64,000 bases of DNA from NCBI GenBank assembly GCA_012813795.1, contig GCA_012813795.1_4087.1, one strand, 5' to 3'. Each line of letters opens with the position of its first letter. The first letter of the stretch is position 1. Below, piece by piece: positions 16,882-27,203 of the stretch. The notes beneath the pieces are model-generated. The model worked only from the letters and a program-made list of their open reading frames with translations, searched no databases and was not told the origin of the DNA. The DNA comes from a phage. Position numbers and translations under genes: made by a program.

Positions 16882-18408
16882 TTATTTCCTTTGATTCAAC
16901 CATTGTTTCATCATATTCGCACGATTAGTGCCAATATTAACAGGTTGTTGGGTTTCCTCTGTAGTGCTAGAAAGTGTAGCATTTTCTGTATTTAGTGTTA
17001 CGTCATCAGCTTCAACAGTACTTTGTGTTTGTACTGGTTTTTGTGCACCAGAAAGCGTGTGACGCAGTGTTTGCATAGTGGTTGGGGGGAGAGCCATGTT
17101 GCCACCACCGACCTTTGTTAGTCCGCTATGCTTGAACCCAGAACCATCGGTTTCGAATTGCTGAATGGTTGTTGCATGGTCCAACACACGTAATGAATCA
17201 ATGTCATAAGACATACGCAAACGCGAACCTACTGCACTACTGTTACGTGTTTTCTGGAAGTCAAACCACATCTCACCAGTTTCTTTACGTGCTTCAATGT
17301 AAATTACGTTATCTGCGGTATAGATCTTTGAAATACCACCAGCAATCTGACTTTGACTTTTCTTATCTTCACCCATACCACTACGGTTAAACTGGGATGC
17401 AGTGAATACAGTTAAATCCATTTTAGTTGCTAGAGCACGCAATTCTTCAGAAACAAACTTATCTTTGGTAAATGTATTAGATTTATCATTTGGACCTAGG
17501 CGATTAGATGTTAATAGATCTAAGTAGTCCACGCAAACATAGTCAAGTTTAATTTCCAATTTGATTTGTAATTCACGAAGGTAACTTTCAACATCATCTG
17601 TGGTTGTTACAGATTCAGGTAGACGCTTGATACGCATAACACCACTATTTTTACCTTCCATTTGTACTTGTAAACCGATTCGGTCAGCTTCATGTTTAAC
17701 ATTACTCAATTTGGATTCAGTCATCATACCATAGATACGGACTGCAACCAACTCTTCAGCAAGTTCTAGTGAAATGTAAGCACCGTTCAGTCCAGCTTTA
17801 GCAAAGTTTACTGCTAAGTTTTGTAGAACAACTGATTTACCACCACCTGATGCTGCGGCGAAGATTTCAAGTTCACGGCGACCGAAACCACCAAACAGTT
17901 TAAAGTCCAGTGTTTCCCAACCACTCTTGAATGAACCTTGCATCGTACTTAGTGAGCGAATTGTATCTTCTGGATTTTCAAAGATATCCAGACCTAGTTC
18001 GTTTTGTACAGAAACAAGCATAGCTTCACGAATTAGTTCTTCGATTCCACCATATTTTTTCTGATGTACTAACTCCATACCTTTCTCAACAGCTAAAGCT
18101 AGTGCTTTGTGTCGGCAGAACTCACTGCATGTATCAAGTACTGATTGCTTGTGTAGCTCACTTACTTCAGTACTATCATATGCAAAACCACCCTTAACTT
18201 CAATATCTTTTAAAGTTGGTGATGCACTATATTTTGCACTGTAATCATGAACGAATTTAATACTTTCATGAAAAGTGCTATCGAAATATTCAGGTTTAAG
18301 AATATTTTTACAGCGTACATATAAATCTGGGTTACTGAAAATTTGTGATAATAAATATTGTTGGGCATTAATCCCATATTGTTTGACGTCCACTGTGCTT
18401 TGAATCAT
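16882..18408 (-). CDS. 41: replicative DNA helicase (DnaB-like, T4 gp41 type)
   Basis: Walker A AAASGGGKS, DnaB-like motifs, sits next to the primase as in T4. Confidence 0.85.
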   Translation of the reverse strand: MIQSTVDVKQYGINAQQYLLSQIFSNPDLYVRCKNILKPEYFDSTFHESIKFVHDYSAKYSASPTLKDIEVKGGFAYDSTEVSELHKQSVLDTCSEFCRHKALALAVEKGMELVHQKKYGGIEELIREAMLVSVQNELGLDIFENPEDTIRSLSTMQGSFKSGWETLDFKLFGGFGRRELEIFAAASGGGKSVVLQNLAVNFAKAGLNGAYISLELAEELVAVRIYGMMTESKLSNVKHEADRIGLQVQMEGKNSGVMRIKRLPESVTTTDDVESYLRELQIKLEIKLDYVCVDYLDLLTSNRLGPNDKSNTFTKDKFVSEELRALATKMDLTVFTASQFNRSGMGEDKKSQSQIAGGISKIYTADNVIYIEARKETGEMWFDFQKTRNSSAVGSRLRMSYDIDSLRVLDHATTIQQFETDGSGFKHSGLTKVGGGNMALPPTTMQTLRHTLSGAQKPVQTQSTVEADDVTLNTENATLSSTTEETQQPVNIGTNRANMMKQWLNQRK

Positions 18409-18426
18409 TATATTCCCTTATTTCTT

Positions 18427-19476
18427 TTACATCCATTTATCGGTTTGTGCTTTGATATAGAAAGGTTCGTCAACTATACTTTCGTGTATTAGTTGTAGAC
18501 AAAATAAACGACCATATTTGGCACAGGCTTCGTCAAAATCTTTTATGTGACGAATACCACTACCTTCTTTTACGGCTCCAAAGTTTGGGAAAGCAACACT
18601 AAATCCATGCTCCAATGCTTGGTCAATTGTCACTAAACCATCTTTATCCCTGTCTGGTACAATTACTACTTTTTTACCTTTACTCTGTGCCAGTTTGAGT
18701 ATTTCAATCTGTGGTGTAGATAACTTAAAGTTATTTGCTGATACACCACCCATCAATGCGGCATCCATTGGTCCTTCACATACCAATAAAGTTTTTATAC
18801 GTTCATCATTCAACAAATCATAATTGTACAAAATATTAGTACTTACCTGATTAATAAAACGATACGTACTTCCTGGGTCTTTTAATTTATGTCTTGCAGT
18901 ATACCCAATTATTTTACCATTCATATAGTAAGGTATAATAAATCTATCATACATTTTATGTTCTTTAGATGGACTCCAATATAATTCCAAATCCAATAGA
19001 TATGGATTTCGGTCATTTACTGCATTCAGTACACTAAAAAATTCATTGGGTGCATTATCATCTGAAGCCCATTCAAAAAATGTCTTTGAATTAGGTGGTA
19101 AATCGCGTGCTGTTACCCTTTGATATAACTTCGATGTGGTAGACTCTTGTTCAGCATAATCACCACTCTCTACCATTTCTTTTATGTAAAATTTTAATAA
19201 TTCTATATCTTTTTGTTGTGCACCAAAAGAAATGAGCAAAGACTCCATATCTTTGCTCATATATTTTCCAGGTTGCCAACCTGTCTTTAAACTACAGTTA
19301 AAACAGTTATAAGATACTGAACCATCAGAATTAAACATATGATTACCACGACCCTTTACATCAGGTCTTGAATGTCCACGAAACACACACATAGGACAGT
19401 TGTGGTGTGTCCATATACCAATACCAGGTACAGGGTCATTCATGATTTGTGCCATAATGTCTTGTACTGAGTTCAT
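18427..19476 (-). CDS. 61: DNA primase (T4 gp61 type)
   Basis: N-terminal Cys/His zinc-binding region (HHNCPMC...CFNC) and TOPRIM-like LVCEGPMD. Confidence 0.8.
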   Translation of the reverse strand: MNSVQDIMAQIMNDPVPGIGIWTHHNCPMCVFRGHSRPDVKGRGNHMFNSDGSVSYNCFNCSLKTGWQPGKYMSKDMESLLISFGAQQKDIELLKFYIKEMVESGDYAEQESTTSKLYQRVTARDLPPNSKTFFEWASDDNAPNEFFSVLNAVNDRNPYLLDLELYWSPSKEHKMYDRFIIPYYMNGKIIGYTARHKLKDPGSTYRFINQVSTNILYNYDLLNDERIKTLLVCEGPMDAALMGGVSANNFKLSTPQIEILKLAQSKGKKVVIVPDRDKDGLVTIDQALEHGFSVAFPNFGAVKEGSGIRHIKDFDEACAKYGRLFCLQLIHESIVDEPFYIKAQTDKWM

Positions 19477-19503
19477 ATGTAATTCCTTTTCTTGTCTTCG
19501 ATG

Positions 19504-19532
19504 ATTATATCACAGCTTATACCATCGTCTCA
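19504..19532 (-). promoter_or_regulatory. promoter, family TGAGAC-N13-GTGA-TATAAT
   Basis: Minus strand: TGAGAC gatggtataagct GTGA TATAAT upstream of the primase. Confidence 0.45.
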
Positions 19533-20507
19533 TCGACGAATCAAAATTTTAGGAACAGTTAAGAGTGGGTTATAGATTTTACGGATTGCAGCATAATCAT
19601 ATGGGATTGGCTTAGAGATTGGACGAATACTAACAATCACACGAAGCCACATATAATTACCTTTAAAATTAAATGCTTGTATACCTTCCAACGGAACGGG
19701 TACGCCATTTTCATCTATACCATTCTCGATGTACTCTTTTCCATCCAACTTGATAATAAACCACTTATAGTTATCACTATCACTTGGTACATCATTACTC
19801 AAGCATCCTTGTAACTGTATCCTACCAATAAAACCATTACAGTAAATTGCAATAGTACTTAAACCATCAACTAAACCATATTGCATTTGTGCTCTCAAAG
19901 GCGATGTACACATAACATCAAATTCACCTTTAAAACCATCACTAATAGGTTCTCTGAACGCAGACTTGATAGATTTCCAAGATGGATTCTGATCAGCAGA
20001 AACTTCAATGCTTGGTACGAAAACAGGTGCTGCTTTGTCGGAGATAATTAGTTCAGATGATGCTTCATAATTTAAACCAGTATATAAGTACTGTGTTGGT
20101 TCAATCAACGAACCGTCCATAGTTACTTTAGTAATACTCCATCTGTATTTGGAACCAGGACTAGTATCTTGTATAATACCAGCAGGGATTATACAACCAT
20201 AATATACTTTTTTACTATTACCCAATGTAGGTTTTGCCTGACCACTGTCATTTAACCAACTGGGTTGAATCTTTTCCAATACAGTATCAAACAAAACAGT
20301 GTTGTTACGTGCATCGAAAATCATAAATGTTAAATATTCATTAGTTTTTAATTGAGTGTACTTTCCATCAGCATTGTGTACTGTGAAAGTTACGTTATTG
20401 TTAGCACCACGATAAATCGTTAACTTATCATTGTTAAATGGCATATTAAAATTGCCCAATGATACTTCCTGATTATAAGGGTACATATACACACCGTGAT
20501 GGGACAT
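19530..20507 (-). CDS. hypothetical protein (possible virion protein)
   Basis: Start moved to the ATG at 20507 (MSHHGVYMYPYNQ) with GGAAGGAA RBS; the ORF-track N-terminal extension is low-complexity. Confidence 0.5.
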   Translation of the reverse strand: MSHHGVYMYPYNQEVSLGNFNMPFNNDKLTIYRGANNNVTFTVHNADGKYTQLKTNEYLTFMIFDARNNTVLFDTVLEKIQPSWLNDSGQAKPTLGNSKKVYYGCIIPAGIIQDTSPGSKYRWSITKVTMDGSLIEPTQYLYTGLNYEASSELIISDKAAPVFVPSIEVSADQNPSWKSIKSAFREPISDGFKGEFDVMCTSPLRAQMQYGLVDGLSTIAIYCNGFIGRIQLQGCLSNDVPSDSDNYKWFIIKLDGKEYIENGIDENGVPVPLEGIQAFNFKGNYMWLRVIVSIRPISKPIPYDYAAIRKIYNPLLTVPKILIRR

Positions 20508-20532
20508 GATTATTCCTTCCATAAATAATAGG

Positions 20533-20545
20533 TATAAATTTATAC
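20533..20545. promoter_or_regulatory. palindromic late-promoter-like element TATAAATTTATA between divergent genes
   Basis: Reads TATAAATT on both strands, about 25 nt upstream of each divergent start codon; the T4 late promoter consensus is TATAAATA. Confidence 0.4.
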
Positions 20546-20564
20546 TAATATTTATGGAACTCAT

Positions 20565-20918
20565 ATGAATCAATATAATACTATTCCACCATTTATTACA
20601 GTACTGCAATATAATGGTAAAACTTACATTGGTATCATCAAGATTAAAAGTAAGCAATATACTACTTTGTATTGTTTTGATCTTATGGATGAATCTCTGC
20701 AAGATGAATTGTTAGGAATAGCACATGATTGGTGGTGGCAAAGTAACAGGTCAATACCAGTGTGTCTTTTCTTTCAAGAAGAAATGGAGAAATTTGAACC
20801 CTTCACACAACGCTTCGATACACCTATGGTGAATTTTGTTTGTGGTCCGGTAATTTCGTTAAGTGATTTACCACAAAAACGTATTAAAAGACGTAATGTG
20901 GCACTCAAGAAGAAGTAA
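20565..20918 (+). CDS. hypothetical protein (117 aa)
   Basis: Plus-strand ORF in a divergent intergenic context. Confidence 0.45.
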   Translation: MNQYNTIPPFITVLQYNGKTYIGIIKIKSKQYTTLYCFDLMDESLQDELLGIAHDWWWQSNRSIPVCLFFQEEMEKFEPFTQRFDTPMVNFVCGPVISLSDLPQKRIKRRNVALKKK

Positions 20919-21543
20919 GATGTTCAACCAATGCGTTTAATTGTACCACAATCATTAAGCTATAAGCATAAGCATGTGGTTTTTTAAAATAACGCAATTT
21001 TTTGCCCTCACTATCTAGCCCAATACTACTATAATCCCAAATAACAGATTCCACTTCAGACCAAGAGTTCATACTTTGACAATTTCGTTTCCCTGGACGA
21101 ATCATAGCAATAAACATAGCCAACTCGTCTATAGAACGGGGTTTCCAAACATTAAGTAAAGTTATATGCTTTTTAATTTGTGATAAATGATCAACAATTT
21201 CTGGTTCTAACAACAGATCCCAATTAGGCTCTCTGTTCATAAGTTCCTTTAGATGTTCTCTGTCACGAACATACATGTAAGCCGATTGTGAAAGGATATC
21301 AACCTTCTGATAACCCAACCTCTCGGCTTCTTTATATTGTATACTAGCCAATCCAGTTATTGGATCAATTGGAATATTATCAAAGTGTACACCACTATTG
21401 TGTGCAATCAATCCATCTTCTGTAATCTTTTCAGTACTTCTTACACATGGCAATTGAGCTATGACAGATTTACTATCTTTAAAATCAATATCAATATCTG
21501 TTCTAGCTTTTCTGTAATGATTAGAATTGGTTGAATCCTGCAT
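20905..21543 (-). CDS. hypothetical protein with DnaE (Pol III alpha) palm/finger-like motifs
   Basis: DIDIDF, KVDIL, AMFIAMIRPG and KPHAYAYSL.V.Q...L occur in the same order as the DnaE PDFDVDF, KFDFLGL, ALVALFRPGP and KSHAAAYALVSYQT motifs; motif-level only. Confidence 0.45.
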   Translation of the reverse strand: MQDSTNSNHYRKARTDIDIDFKDSKSVIAQLPCVRSTEKITEDGLIAHNSGVHFDNIPIDPITGLASIQYKEAERLGYQKVDILSQSAYMYVRDREHLKELMNREPNWDLLLEPEIVDHLSQIKKHITLLNVWKPRSIDELAMFIAMIRPGKRNCQSMNSWSEVESVIWDYSSIGLDSEGKKLRYFKKPHAYAYSLMIVVQLNALVEHLTSS

Positions 21544-21850
21544 TCTTTATTTGATCCTGTAATTTATTAATAGAATTTCTTAAGGTTCGTATTTCGTTTT
21601 CCATGTACTGAATCTTTCTTTTCAACTGTGCTGACTCACTAGACACAGAATGTAAACGTTCTTCATGCCTCTCGACTAGCTTAATCAATTGTTCTATTTT
21701 TACTGGATCATGAACTTGGAACGTTTTGTCACCCAATGTTATTTCAGTTATGCTTCCTTGACGAAGTAATTGTAATTCTTTACTTTTGTCCGATTTAGGT
21801 ACAGGAACGTACCCTTCTGGTATTTTATTGTATATACTTTTATTATTCAT
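21521..21850 (-). CDS. hypothetical coiled-coil protein (109 aa)
   Basis: ORF. Confidence 0.5.
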   Translation of the reverse strand: MNNKSIYNKIPEGYVPVPKSDKSKELQLLRQGSITEITLGDKTFQVHDPVKIEQLIKLVERHEERLHSVSSESAQLKRKIQYMENEIRTLRNSINKLQDQIKNAGFNQF

Positions 21851-22554
21851 AAACCCACCTGAGTTAACATGCTTCTTATATCCTCAAACTCTTTCTTATA
21901 TTTCAACTTTTTAATTTCAAAAAAGCTAGGATCGATGTATTTAAGTATATATTCAAATTCAGAATCTGATAGTCGTGAGAACAATTCATTGGATGAACTC
22001 ACTGGGGCAGTCCATATCAACCAAGGTGATATTTTACCACTTTCAATCCAAGAAATCAAACGTGCAGAACTAACATTCTTAAAGAATGTATTCCACGGAT
22101 TATTTGTCATTTGTTCCCATTCTACTAAAGCATTTACGCTTCTTGCAACGGCATCGTTTGGATGCTCATTTCGTATACATGAAAGTATCCATTCATCCTT
22201 AGCTTTGTAGGTGCTCCATTGCATAATAGGAACATTAGTTCTCATAAGATGTAAAGTGAAATCATCTATATGCAATATATCCCTATTATTCAGATAGTAT
22301 TCGGCAAAATCATAGAAATCTTTAAAGTATCTTGACTTTATAAAACTAATGTATGGTTCTAAATCTTTTTTAATTTTGAAATTATTAGTTTCCATGAATT
22401 GCATATACAAACGAAAAGCCTCACGCATAGTGCGGCTATCTCGATTATCATATCTATCACGCTTTTCACATTTGTGAGAATGTACAGTATCTTCACGTTT
22501 AAATTCACGATCACAAAATTTACATTGATATACAGGTTTAGATATCTTTGCCAT
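21847..22554 (-). CDS. hypothetical protein with N-terminal C2H2-like zinc finger
   Basis: CKFCDREFKREDTVHSHKC near the N-terminus. Confidence 0.5.
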   Translation of the reverse strand: MAKISKPVYQCKFCDREFKREDTVHSHKCEKRDRYDNRDSRTMREAFRLYMQFMETNNFKIKKDLEPYISFIKSRYFKDFYDFAEYYLNNRDILHIDDFTLHLMRTNVPIMQWSTYKAKDEWILSCIRNEHPNDAVARSVNALVEWEQMTNNPWNTFFKNVSSARLISWIESGKISPWLIWTAPVSSSNELFSRLSDSEFEYILKYIDPSFFEIKKLKYKKEFEDIRSMLTQVGL

Positions 22555-23380
22555 ATTTCTTACATTCTTCTTTGAATAGTTTCATCATTGCTTTTGAATC
22601 TTTATCTTGATAACCCATATTGTCAAGTAAAGTTTCGAATGATTTCTTAGTGTATTGTAATAAGATGATTTTATACTCATCCTCGTTCATTTGATTGGCA
22701 ACTGAACTTGGTTGTGTAGTTTTAATCAAATCAAATAATGCATTGTTTGCATGTTTTAAACTCTTTGAAAAGTTCAACCAACTACGTGGTAATTCTTTAC
22801 CACCAACCATATCCTGAACTGCACACATCAATTGATAAACTAGTTCAGGGTGTTCTTTCATATCCCAGAAACCATCATTGACCATATCATTTAACATAAT
22901 CAATTGATATTTTACTGTTGTACTATCAACCAAAGAAATTACTTCAGACCCTGAAATGCTAAAATCATTCATGGCTGCAATCAATTTGTTTGCATCGGAT
23001 TGACTCTGTACTGCAAACTTGATTCGCCAGTCGTAATCAGCATGACAGTACTTTGTTACTGATGATACATTCACTCCACTTGAATTTAATTCGGTGATTA
23101 ATTCAGTAAGTGCGTCTTTACCACCAGCTTTCCATTTTCCAAAAACGCTTTCAACTTTACTGCTTGGGTAAGTTACTTGGAGAGAATCATCCAGCGAACT
23201 TACCCAACGAAGAACAGTATAAGGTGTGAATTCTTTACGTTCTTCTTCGGTCATTTCAGAGTAATATTTGTAATCAGCCCTGTCAATATGTTTAAGAAAA
23301 TCATTAATAGAAAATGAATGACTTTCTTGTTTAATAACTTCATCAGACGATTTACTTTTAACATTACTGAAATCTAACAC
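22538..23380 (-). CDS. hypothetical protein (280 aa)
   Basis: ORF. Confidence 0.55.
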   Translation of the reverse strand: MLDFSNVKSKSSDEVIKQESHSFSINDFLKHIDRADYKYYSEMTEEERKEFTPYTVLRWVSSLDDSLQVTYPSSKVESVFGKWKAGGKDALTELITELNSSGVNVSSVTKYCHADYDWRIKFAVQSQSDANKLIAAMNDFSISGSEVISLVDSTTVKYQLIMLNDMVNDGFWDMKEHPELVYQLMCAVQDMVGGKELPRSWLNFSKSLKHANNALFDLIKTTQPSSVANQMNEDEYKIILLQYTKKSFETLLDNMGYQDKDSKAMMKLFKEECKKYGKDI

Positions 23381-23384
23381 TATT

Positions 23385-23882
23385 TTATACTCCTAAGTAT
23401 AAGTCTTGAATCTTTTCGTTCTCATCGGCAAAGTAAACACATGGTGGATTATCACCATTACTCAATGGAACACATAGTAAATTCTTTTTAGGTAACATAG
23501 GAATCTGCCACTTAGTTGTAAGTGCAAATACTCTTAGTACTTTTACTTGCTCGAATTTTGGATACATCGAACGAATCGGGTTGTATACAAATGCTTTAGG
23601 CTCTTTCATGTTTAAGATGTTTTCAATAGTACACATCTCAACCATACCTGATTCTTCATCACCTAGCATAATTTGCCATCCCAATGGTACTTGAATAATC
23701 TTATCACCAATTTGAAGATCTGCACTGATACTATTAAAAGATACAGTGTTTAGAATATGTCGGAAATAAAAATCTGAATCACCATTTGCACTCAAATCCA
23801 ACACACAATACATTTCTTCTGGAATGTGTTCAGTAACCAAATCCATATCAAATGAATTATTTTCTGGGGTTAATACGTTCAT
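23385..23882 (-). CDS. hypothetical protein (165 aa)
   Basis: ORF. Confidence 0.55.
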   Translation of the reverse strand: MNVLTPENNSFDMDLVTEHIPEEMYCVLDLSANGDSDFYFRHILNTVSFNSISADLQIGDKIIQVPLGWQIMLGDEESGMVEMCTIENILNMKEPKAFVYNPIRSMYPKFEQVKVLRVFALTTKWQIPMLPKKNLLCVPLSNGDNPPCVYFADENEKIQDLYLGV

Positions 23883-23891
23883 ATTGTCTCC

Positions 23892-24332
23892 TTAGTATAA
23901 TGAATCTTCGTCTTCTTCTTCATCATAATAATCTTCTTCTTCATCACACCCATAAAATTCTAATCCATAGGTATCACAAAGTTCTTGAATCTTATCACTA
24001 TCAGTATCAAGATATGAATCAAAGTTTCCACTTAGACTAACAATATCAACGAATGTTTTAGAATCAGTACTTGCATAAATGATATCATATTTTAGTGATT
24101 CAAATTTAGAATCTATACGTTGCTGTAATTCATAGATATTAACCCACGAATCACCATCAGTGTTACAACGCCATACATTTGTGTCATCTGTTTCTAATTC
24201 AGGAATATAATCCAATGAAGATACCATGTCATCCATGATATTATCATCATTCAATAACACATCCATAATGTCTAAAGTTTCTTGGTCGCAGATAAATGCG
24301 ATACTCGATCTAAGTTCCATATTTGTTAACAT
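23892..24332 (-). CDS. acidic hypothetical protein (146 aa)
   Basis: ORF; D/E-rich C-terminus. Confidence 0.5.
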   Translation of the reverse strand: MLTNMELRSSIAFICDQETLDIMDVLLNDDNIMDDMVSSLDYIPELETDDTNVWRCNTDGDSWVNIYELQQRIDSKFESLKYDIIYASTDSKTFVDIVSLSGNFDSYLDTDSDKIQELCDTYGLEFYGCDEEEDYYDEEEDEDSLY

Positions 24333-24374
24333 CCTTGATTTATTATACAGTCCATTATATCATAAACAGCGGGA

Positions 24375-25859
24375 TTATCCCGCTGTATTTTCCCAATCTT
24401 TCACGTCGATTACACTATGTGGATATTGTGCTTCTTTATAATATGCAATTCTTTCACGTAAGTGTTTTGCACTGTACTTATTAGAACCGCTTATATCATA
24501 AATCTCTACGTGGTCTTTATCTTCTGCTCTACGCAACCCACGTCCAATGGATTGTATCGTTCGCACAAAGCTTTTGCCTGGTTCTATCAGTACTACATTA
24601 TATAAACGTGAAATACTAATACCAGTACTAGCTACACCATATGTTGCAATGAGTATTTTGTTGTCGGCCCAGCGAATTTCACCATATGATGATTCACGGT
24701 CTTTCTTCTTCGTTTCACCACGAACAAATTCAGTTTTGGGTATCCCCAAAAACTCACATAACAATTCACCTGCTTCTAAACGGTCAACAAGCACCAACGT
24801 GTTACCAGATTCAGACAGTGCACTTATCAAAGATGCCACATATGCCATTCGGTCACGGTCAGTTACTAAGTATTTTAATTCTTCTGCATATGATGCAAAT
24901 TTTAAATTACTTTTTAATTTGATACAGTTAACGTTACAGGTACTTAGAATTTGCTTATCTTGCAATTCTTTTGCAGTGATTTTGAAAATAACATCACCGA
25001 CATTACATTTTATCTTTGCAGCCACTACTGGATCTTTCGGTATTGTACCAGTTAGCCCCCAGCGTAATGGGACATTGTTCATCACCTTCGATAGAACCTG
25101 TACCAGTGCATCACCACCAGCACCTTGACATTCGTCAACTATAACACACACAACGCCATCGATAAAATCATGAACGTCTTGTTCAGTTAGTTCGATTTCA
25201 CCCTTCTTAGTCTTTTTCCATAAAGAGTTGAATGACTGCCATGTGGTAATTGTGTGTTGGTGACCAAAATCCTTTTGTGCACCATAAAAAACACCAGTGT
25301 CTAATCCACACATAACATAATCATCATATGTCTGTTGGACTAGATCAGTACTAGGTACAATAATAACAGAACGTCCATACTCTTGGACCTTCTTGGATAA
25401 TGCTGCTGTGATTAGCGTCTTACCCGCACCAGTAGCAGCTAATAATAAACCATGTGGGTTAGCAAGGCAAGCATTAACTGCATTAACCTGGTGCTCCCTG
25501 AGCTTGATTGACTTACCTTCCATGTGGTGTCCAGCACCAAAAACCACATCACTAAAGATATTTTCATCAATAGGTTCAAAATTGAATCCATAATTTGGTC
25601 TATGGTCTTCAAGTTCAATGTCAATGTTAGCTTCTTCAAGAATAGGTAAAAGTTTGTCAAGCATATGAAAGTAAGTGCTTCCACCTAAATTCATAAATTG
25701 AACTTTTCCATCCCAACGCCCGATTCTACCTGCTGGGGTGAATTTGGCATAAGGCAACACATATTCAGTTGCCCTAATCATCTTTTGACGAATTGAAGGA
25801 GAAAGTCCTTCAAATTTACAATTAACCTCATCCAATAAGGTTAGCTTACAAGTATTCAT
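24375..25859 (-). CDS. uvsW: UvsW-like SF2 helicase
   Basis: Walker A LLAATGAGKT, DECQ box, and TYGVASTGISISRLYNVVLIEPGKS...IGRGLR closely matching T4 UvsW. Confidence 0.8.
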   Translation of the reverse strand: MNTCKLTLLDEVNCKFEGLSPSIRQKMIRATEYVLPYAKFTPAGRIGRWDGKVQFMNLGGSTYFHMLDKLLPILEEANIDIELEDHRPNYGFNFEPIDENIFSDVVFGAGHHMEGKSIKLREHQVNAVNACLANPHGLLLAATGAGKTLITAALSKKVQEYGRSVIIVPSTDLVQQTYDDYVMCGLDTGVFYGAQKDFGHQHTITTWQSFNSLWKKTKKGEIELTEQDVHDFIDGVVCVIVDECQGAGGDALVQVLSKVMNNVPLRWGLTGTIPKDPVVAAKIKCNVGDVIFKITAKELQDKQILSTCNVNCIKLKSNLKFASYAEELKYLVTDRDRMAYVASLISALSESGNTLVLVDRLEAGELLCEFLGIPKTEFVRGETKKKDRESSYGEIRWADNKILIATYGVASTGISISRLYNVVLIEPGKSFVRTIQSIGRGLRRAEDKDHVEIYDISGSNKYSAKHLRERIAYYKEAQYPHSVIDVKDWENTAG

Positions 25860-25873
25860 CCATGAATATCCTT

Positions 25874-26692
25874 TTAGTTAGTACGACTACTATACTCGTA
25901 CTCAAATGTATATACTAAATCTTTATCACAGTTTGGATTACTCGTGTCTAGGATATCACTATTAGTAATCATCCATTCAATGTAATTCAATGGTACAGTA
26001 CTCATTGGTTCGCCTTTATGCTTACCAAATGGCATAAATTGATAACACATTGGTGTATTGCAGAATGTGACAATTTGTTCACCAATATCCTGTTCTGGAT
26101 CAATATGACCACGTTCAATAGCAACTTCAATAAGTTTAATTAGAACCTGATAGCACATGAATACATCATCTTTTGCAGCATGAGCATTAACAGGACGATG
26201 TACATCACGATAACATCCAAATTTATACCACAAATAACTTAGTGTTAGATTTTTGAATTCTACATCTTCAGCAAACATTTTCTTAGCAAAACGAAGGGTA
26301 CAAATCCATTTATCCTCATCAAGAAGATACTGTGAAATTGAGTTACGATATTTATATTCATTATCAACCATCATTCTACGGTCAAATTGTACATTGTGAC
26401 CAACATAATATTCTCTGCACCCCATTAGTGCATCAATATTTTCGAGATCATCTTTATACCCAATACAATTTGCAACATCTTCAGTACTGATAAAATGCAC
26501 TGCCGACGCTTCAGGTGGAATGTCTTTCAATGGTTTATATCGCAATGTATAGTTATCAACTGTGTCAATATTTTCATGTGCATTTTGAGGATAAGAAATA
26601 CTAAATTCAATAATATCATCATCACTCTCAACACCAGTGGTTTCAGTGTCGAGTACTGAAACTTGTTTTAGAAAATCATCTATTTTAGACAT
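25874..26692 (-). CDS. DEDDh 3'-5' exonuclease (DnaQ-like, DexA-like)
   Basis: Exo motifs VLDTETTG, YYVGHNVQFD and HAAKDD. Confidence 0.7.
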   Translation of the reverse strand: MSKIDDFLKQVSVLDTETTGVESDDDIIEFSISYPQNAHENIDTVDNYTLRYKPLKDIPPEASAVHFISTEDVANCIGYKDDLENIDALMGCREYYVGHNVQFDRRMMVDNEYKYRNSISQYLLDEDKWICTLRFAKKMFAEDVEFKNLTLSYLWYKFGCYRDVHRPVNAHAAKDDVFMCYQVLIKLIEVAIERGHIDPEQDIGEQIVTFCNTPMCYQFMPFGKHKGEPMSTVPLNYIEWMITNSDILDTSNPNCDKDLVYTFEYEYSSRTN

Positions 26693-26702
26693 GTTTTTTT
26701 CT

Positions 26703-26730
26703 CAAATAAAAAGGACGCATGATTGCGTCC
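26703..26730 (-). terminator. rho-independent terminator
   Basis: Minus strand: AAGGACGCA-atca-TGCGTCCTT followed by TTTATTT. Confidence 0.5.
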
Positions 26731-26741
26731 TTATGATTAGT

Positions 26742-27203
26742 TTATTCTAAACGAGCATCTTCGATACCTGCTGTTCTTAGTTTTACTATATTGTTAAGTT
26801 GAAATGCTTTCATCTCCAACGATTTAACAATGCTACTATATTGATTTCGAATATATGATACTTCATTAATTAGTTCATATAATTCACATACTTCTTTATC
26901 ACCATCAACATACTTTTTACAATCAGATGATGATAATGCTCTACGGTATGCCTCAAGATAGTATTTGAACTTTTCAGCTTGTATCTGCTTCATTTCAATT
27001 TCTAACATTTCTAGTACTGCTTCAAGTTCTTGAAGCTGACTAAGACGTGTCTCATGCCAGCCAGGGATTTCTTGAGCAATCTTTTCAATGATACCAATCT
27101 TCTTGACTTCCTTACGTGCTTCTTCGATTTCTGCATCGAAGAATGTAATCATATCAATAAGTTTGCTTTTATCATCTTTAATGATCCAATGCCAAGGTTT
27201 CAT
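26742..27203 (-). CDS. hypothetical protein (possible UvsY-like recombination mediator)
   Basis: Immediately downstream of uvsX; weak C-terminal resemblance to UvsY only. Confidence 0.5.
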   Translation of the reverse strand: MKPWHWIIKDDKSKLIDMITFFDAEIEEARKEVKKIGIIEKIAQEIPGWHETRLSQLQELEAVLEMLEIEMKQIQAEKFKYYLEAYRRALSSSDCKKYVDGDKEVCELYELINEVSYIRNQYSSIVKSLEMKAFQLNNIVKLRTAGIEDARLE

